Source of the DNA: Phoronis australis
Taxonomy: Eukaryota; Animalia; Phoronida
Reading direction: 5' to 3'
DNA: 64,000 nt
Assembly (NCBI GenBank): GCA_002633005.1
Contig: NMRA01000080.1
Coordinates: 711,291-775,290 of the forward strand
In this document: positions 61,401 to 64,000 of the stretch, one piece after another
How the letters are laid out: each line of letters starts with the position of its first letter
Position numbering within the stretch: position 1 is the first letter of the stretch
Notes under the pieces: model-generated
The model's input: only the letters and a program-made list of their open reading frames with translations
What the model was told of the DNA's origin: nothing
Databases searched by the model: none
Translations under genes and position numbers: made by a program

Positions 61401-63996
61401 TCTGTTCCTCTTGCCACAGACTATACTCCTGCTGTTGGAAGAGGAGAACACAGAGAGAAGCCAGGGAGAAGTGAGGGAGACCCAGTCCACCTCAGGCTTC
61501 AGTCAGGGGTTCCTGCCCCTTGAGACACCTCCTATCCTGCAAGGTAATTCACCAGAGTCATCAAGCATGAATGAACCTTGCTGACAACATTAATTATATA
61601 CAACCTTGCTCTAGCTTAGCCAATAGTATTCAAGGGTTTTGGACTTACTTTATTCAAGGTTTCACACTAATGAGGTCTCGTGATGTGGCCAATAGGTGGT
61701 GTGCAGACCAGACTTAAAATGTTTGTGAAACTTGGACAATGTTGGTAACATGTTGTTGGAATGATGAAAAGAATTGGTGATCAATTGAGTTGTACGTTCG
61801 CTACTTGTTTAAGGTCGGTCGGTCGTCTACAGTTGCTTCTCACCAGTCCAGACGAATCTTCTGTTGACTGTTCACAGTCGGCCAATCACAGAGCAGAATT
61901 CCAGTGTGGACAGACGTGGATTTATTTGTCTGTGGAATTTAAACGAGCCGTCAACACCAACCAAGTAAGCATTGATGCTTACATCTCTACAGAAAATTGA
62001 GTTGCCGGCCAAACATTTTGAGCCTAAGTAGTGTATACTAACACATTGTTGTGATATTTTGATTGTGATTCATTGTTATCTAACTTCTGAATTACTAGTT
62101 TTGTATTGAAATAGAAAGTAGAGGTTAGTGTTGTCACAGACAGATCTAGGATGTTGGAGGGGGGACCAAGTGCAATTTCCGCTTGACAAAATCTTCGCGG
62201 GACCTGTAAAAATGACCTGCAGGCTTTGTTTTTGGCTTGGTCACGTCTGGTAGGAGCAGCAGGTGCCTTTTTATTGCTAGTGTTGTACGTTACATCTTGC
62301 TTGCAGGTACCTCGTGTGTGAATCTCAGCCAACCTGTTGCTGCTTCAGTCCGTCAAAAGCCACTCTTGTGTTTGCTGGCATGGTGAGTGTTGTAAACATT
62401 TTTTGCTGTTAAATCAACCGTTTCCAAAACAGGTGGTGTATGTAACACAATTATGAATAGGTTAAATAGTTCTATTTCATTGATTATGCCTGTTTTAATA
62501 TTAATCACGCACATAACCTTTAAGAGGAAATCTTGTGTAAAATTATTACCAATGATATAAACCATGTTCATTTGGCTTCTTATCCTGAGATAGTGGTGGA
62601 CAAAACCAAGCAATGGAATAAGGGGTGTAAGGTTGTGATGCAGGTCCGTGCGCTACCATATAATTATGTATGGAGACGTGAGGTACATTTTGCTTTCCTC
62701 TAACAGGTGGACGGTTCCCTGGTGGTGTGGGACCTGCGAGAGTCGACTTCACTGCACCACACCCTCAGGATGCACGGCGGGGAGTGGTCACTACGTAACC
62801 CCACTTACAGCACTGCAGGGGTCCTCGGTGATGAGAACCACCACTCCGCCGTCACCACAGTGCTGCCCATCGTGTCAACATCGGATAGTGCAATGAGTTC
62901 GCTGCTATCGAATGAAGGTATTCAGTCGCATGGTATACAGTCGCATGGTATGCAGTCGCATGGTATGCAGTCCCATGGTATGCAGTCACATGGTATGCAG
63001 TCACATGGTGTGGAGTTGATTTTGTCAGTACTGATCTGCACCGTATGTGAGACGTTAATCAAGGAGAAGTTATTTCCTCATCAGTGGTACTTGTATTCTG
63101 TCCTCAACCTTGATATTCCCCACAACAACATTCAGGCTTGTTCTTGGTTTGTTTTATAACTTGGAATAGGGTCATTCCACCAACTCATCAACAGGATCAG
63201 CGGAGGACATAACTCCCTGACTATATTGTCCAGTAGTCAATCTCAGATTTCCCTCTACCCTGATCCTATGCAATCCCTGTTGTAATTTCGAGCAAAAAGT
63301 GTGACAAACACCTAATGTATGCAAGAACACTAGTCTCATAGCTGAAATTTTACCATCCAAATTCTACCCATAAGGTTGTGCACCACTCATGAACACCACC
63401 GTGGCTCACTGTGCTTATTGTGACCTGACTCAACGAGACTTTTCTCCTTTTTAGATGTTGGATCCGGTCTTTCATTCCAGTTGGCATCTCTCGAAGAGAA
63501 TTCCATTGTTCACTTATGGGTATGTCCTGCTGTGTAAAGTGAACTTGAAATTTACCAGATTTTGCTTGTGCGCCTTTTACTGGTGTTAACTGGAATGTGG
63601 ATATAATCTACAAAAGATAAAGTATTTTTTAAGTATTAAATTCTCAAAATATTTTTCTATTGAAGCCATAATCATGTGTATTCGTATTAACTGAAACTTA
63701 ATTGTTTTAAATCTTTGCTAATAAATTCAACTGTGCTAACCATGTCATTTTTTGCAACAAATTCTTAAATAACGTTGACACTTTAGGTGGTTGCGGAGAT
63801 CTCCAATCCTGACACAGCGGGTTCTGAGTCGGATCTGGGTCTCTCCCCGGGAGGTCGCATCAAGCTATTGAAAAGCTCGTCCATAACACTGGCAAACCCT
63901 ATCAGTCGTGACAGTCGTGTGAAAGCCCCATTGAGAGCCTCACAGATGAAGCTATTGCCGTCCAATCCAAACCACTACTATGTGGGAACTGACTCA
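46438..63996 (+). CDS. DYNC2I1: WDR60/DYNC2I1, cytoplasmic dynein-2 intermediate chain 1; 3'-partial spliced gene
   Basis: Exons join(46438..46452,48475..48528,49125..49203,49523..49593,50028..51053,51353..51520,52397..52450,53170..53259,54673..54794,56555..56615,57178..57237,57742..57834,59000..59248,59851..59962,60554..60639,61420..61543,61814..61964,62307..62382,62707..62917,63455..63519,63787..63996), phase-consistent. Signatures MPSGK-SRSKEDTWKADEL, YEDDFE, LIELD..FSMFDMPPVNEYELYMRSFG, YVQTNEDNLDREIQTEE, WTQHP, GSLVVWDLRE and SDLGLSPGGRIKL. Confidence 0.95.
48475..48528 (+). CDS. DYNC2I1: DYNC2I1 exon 2
   Basis: SRSKEDTWKADELQKSLK. Confidence 0.88.
49125..49203 (+). CDS. DYNC2I1: DYNC2I1 exon 3
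   Basis: EATGDKGKRRDGEEREKRHRRRDDND, phase 0-1. Confidence 0.78.
49523..49593 (+). CDS. DYNC2I1: DYNC2I1 exon 4
   Basis: GKERGHRDKDINQEEKDRRRKRRE, phase 1-0. Confidence 0.8.
50028..51053 (+). CDS. DYNC2I1: DYNC2I1 exon 5 (1026 nt, R/E/K/D/G mixed-charge repeats)
   Basis: tttag|GEENGTADK...(RRRRRKEGETEEEREE)n...RKKDGD|gtaagt. Confidence 0.85.
51353..51520 (+). CDS. DYNC2I1: DYNC2I1 exon 6
   Basis: NDDDRKQRHRRHRDREDRDSDGDHRDG...PGDDTVQ. Confidence 0.78.
52397..52450 (+). CDS. DYNC2I1: DYNC2I1 exon 7
   Basis: tttcag|ARGKEVATKERAEEPVKQ|gtcagt. Confidence 0.65.
53170..53259 (+). CDS. DYNC2I1: DYNC2I1 candidate exon 8 (symmetric, possibly cassette)
   Basis: ttcag|SSKTHRKLNKNPLPMQRLLKPAKVKSNPMQ|gtacat. 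Confidence 0.5.
54673..54794 (+). CDS. DYNC2I1: DYNC2I1 exon 9
   Basis: EVPMTRAKSSAKPRASTNVVQEPDEPIDEIDEEIITMRPV, phase 0-2. Confidence 0.75.
56555..56615 (+). CDS. DYNC2I1: DYNC2I1 exon 10
   Basis: GTQKTEAAEDDYGDYEDDFE, phase 2-0. Confidence 0.85.
57178..57237 (+). CDS. DYNC2I1: DYNC2I1 exon 11
   Basis: DYDDDFEDEDNNDEDDEPKA. Confidence 0.85.
57742..57834 (+). CDS. DYNC2I1: DYNC2I1 exon 12
   Basis: SRDELDDLFRAMNEENDRLLASSRKSNWSDS. Confidence 0.85.
58125..58680. repeat. Two diverged direct copies (~130 bp) of a dispersed repeat; inverted relative at ~19140-19210
   Basis: ttactggcagttca...gctgttca.ctgtgg..ccattttgttgttgc at ~58125 and ~58544; caaaatggccgccacagttaaacagc at ~19173. Confidence 0.65.
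59000..59248 (+). CDS. DYNC2I1: DYNC2I1 exon 13
   Basis: TEVSEE...LIELDTVQFSMFDMPPVNEYELYMRSFGRSDTKQ. Confidence 0.93.
59851..59962 (+). CDS. DYNC2I1: DYNC2I1 exon 14 (QT light-chain-binding motifs)
   Basis: CYVQTNEDNLDREIQTEEVDSKQRWTQHPPEDFAGCG. Confidence 0.93.
60554..60639 (+). CDS. DYNC2I1: DYNC2I1 exon 15
   Basis: GDDDGDDDEIKAKEMDSVRFSKFLQRASQ. Confidence 0.88.
61420..61543 (+). CDS. DYNC2I1: DYNC2I1 exon 16
   Basis: TILLLLEEENTERSQGEVRETQSTSGFSQGFLPLETPPILQ. Confidence 0.88.
61814..61964 (+). CDS. DYNC2I1: DYNC2I1 exon 17 (WD40)
   Basis: GRSVVYSCFSPVQTNLLLTVHS...GFICLWNLNEPSTPT. Confidence 0.9.
62307..62382 (+). CDS. DYNC2I1: DYNC2I1 exon 18 (WD40)
   Basis: YLVCESQPTCCCFSPSKATLVFAGM. 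Confidence 0.9.
62707..62917 (+). CDS. DYNC2I1: DYNC2I1 exon 19 (WD40)
   Basis: VDGSLVVWDLRESTSLH...RNPTYSTAGVLGDENHHSAV...LLSNE; the 3' boundary is ambiguous because of the donor repeat. Confidence 0.88.
62917..63012 (+). repeat. 15-bp minisatellite (6 full units plus a partial) starting at a splice donor
   Basis: ggtattcagtcgcat ggtatacagtcgcat ggtatgcagtcgcat ggtatgcagtcccat ggtatgcagtcacat ggtatgcagtcacat ggtgtg. Confidence 0.95.
63455..63519 (+). CDS. DYNC2I1: DYNC2I1 exon 20
   Basis: DVGSGLSFQLASLEENSIVHLW. Confidence 0.9.
63787..63996 (+). CDS. DYNC2I1: DYNC2I1 exon 21 (gene continues beyond window)
   Basis: VVAEISNPDTAGSESDLGLSPGGRIKLLKSS...LPSNPNHYYVGTDS|gtaa. Confidence 0.92.
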
Positions 63997-64000
63997 GTAA

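Noticed and set aside
62918-63159. ORF 62707-63159 read-through as a truncated WDR60 terminus
   Set aside because: Downstream exons at 63455 and 63787 continue the conserved WD40 sequence in phase, so the extension is intronic

Overview
Eukaryotic, AT-rich, intron-rich genomic DNA, probably from an invertebrate bilaterian (the species cannot be called from sequence alone). Three spliced genes were reconstructed by hand from GT-AG boundaries and reading-frame continuity. (1) The 3' part of TTC25/ODAD4 (outer dynein arm docking complex TPR protein), + strand, <1-10823, with a candidate alternative last or cassette exon. (2) A complete 20-exon extended synaptotagmin of the ESYT2/3 type (hairpin membrane anchor, SMP, C2A-C2B-C2C; about 806 aa), - strand, 45761-13640. 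(3) The 5' part of WDR60/DYNC2I1 (dynein-2 intermediate chain), + strand, 46438->64000, head-to-head with ESYT across only 676 bp. Introns hold a decayed L1/Tx1-like retrotransposon, a tRNA-derived SINE pair, palindromic MITE-like elements, minisatellites and a 711-nt assembly gap. No prokaryote-type system (CRISPR, operon etc.) is present, and most ORF-track entries are spurious. The most unusual signals are repeated local duplications of splice sites, including a 15-bp minisatellite built from a WDR60 splice donor in which every unit offers an in-frame donor; the apparently ancient ESYT-WDR60 divergent pair; alternative TTC25 C-termini; a PDZ-ligand-like ESYT C-terminus; and a regular mixed-charge repeat in WDR60. 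None of these is proven without RNA data.
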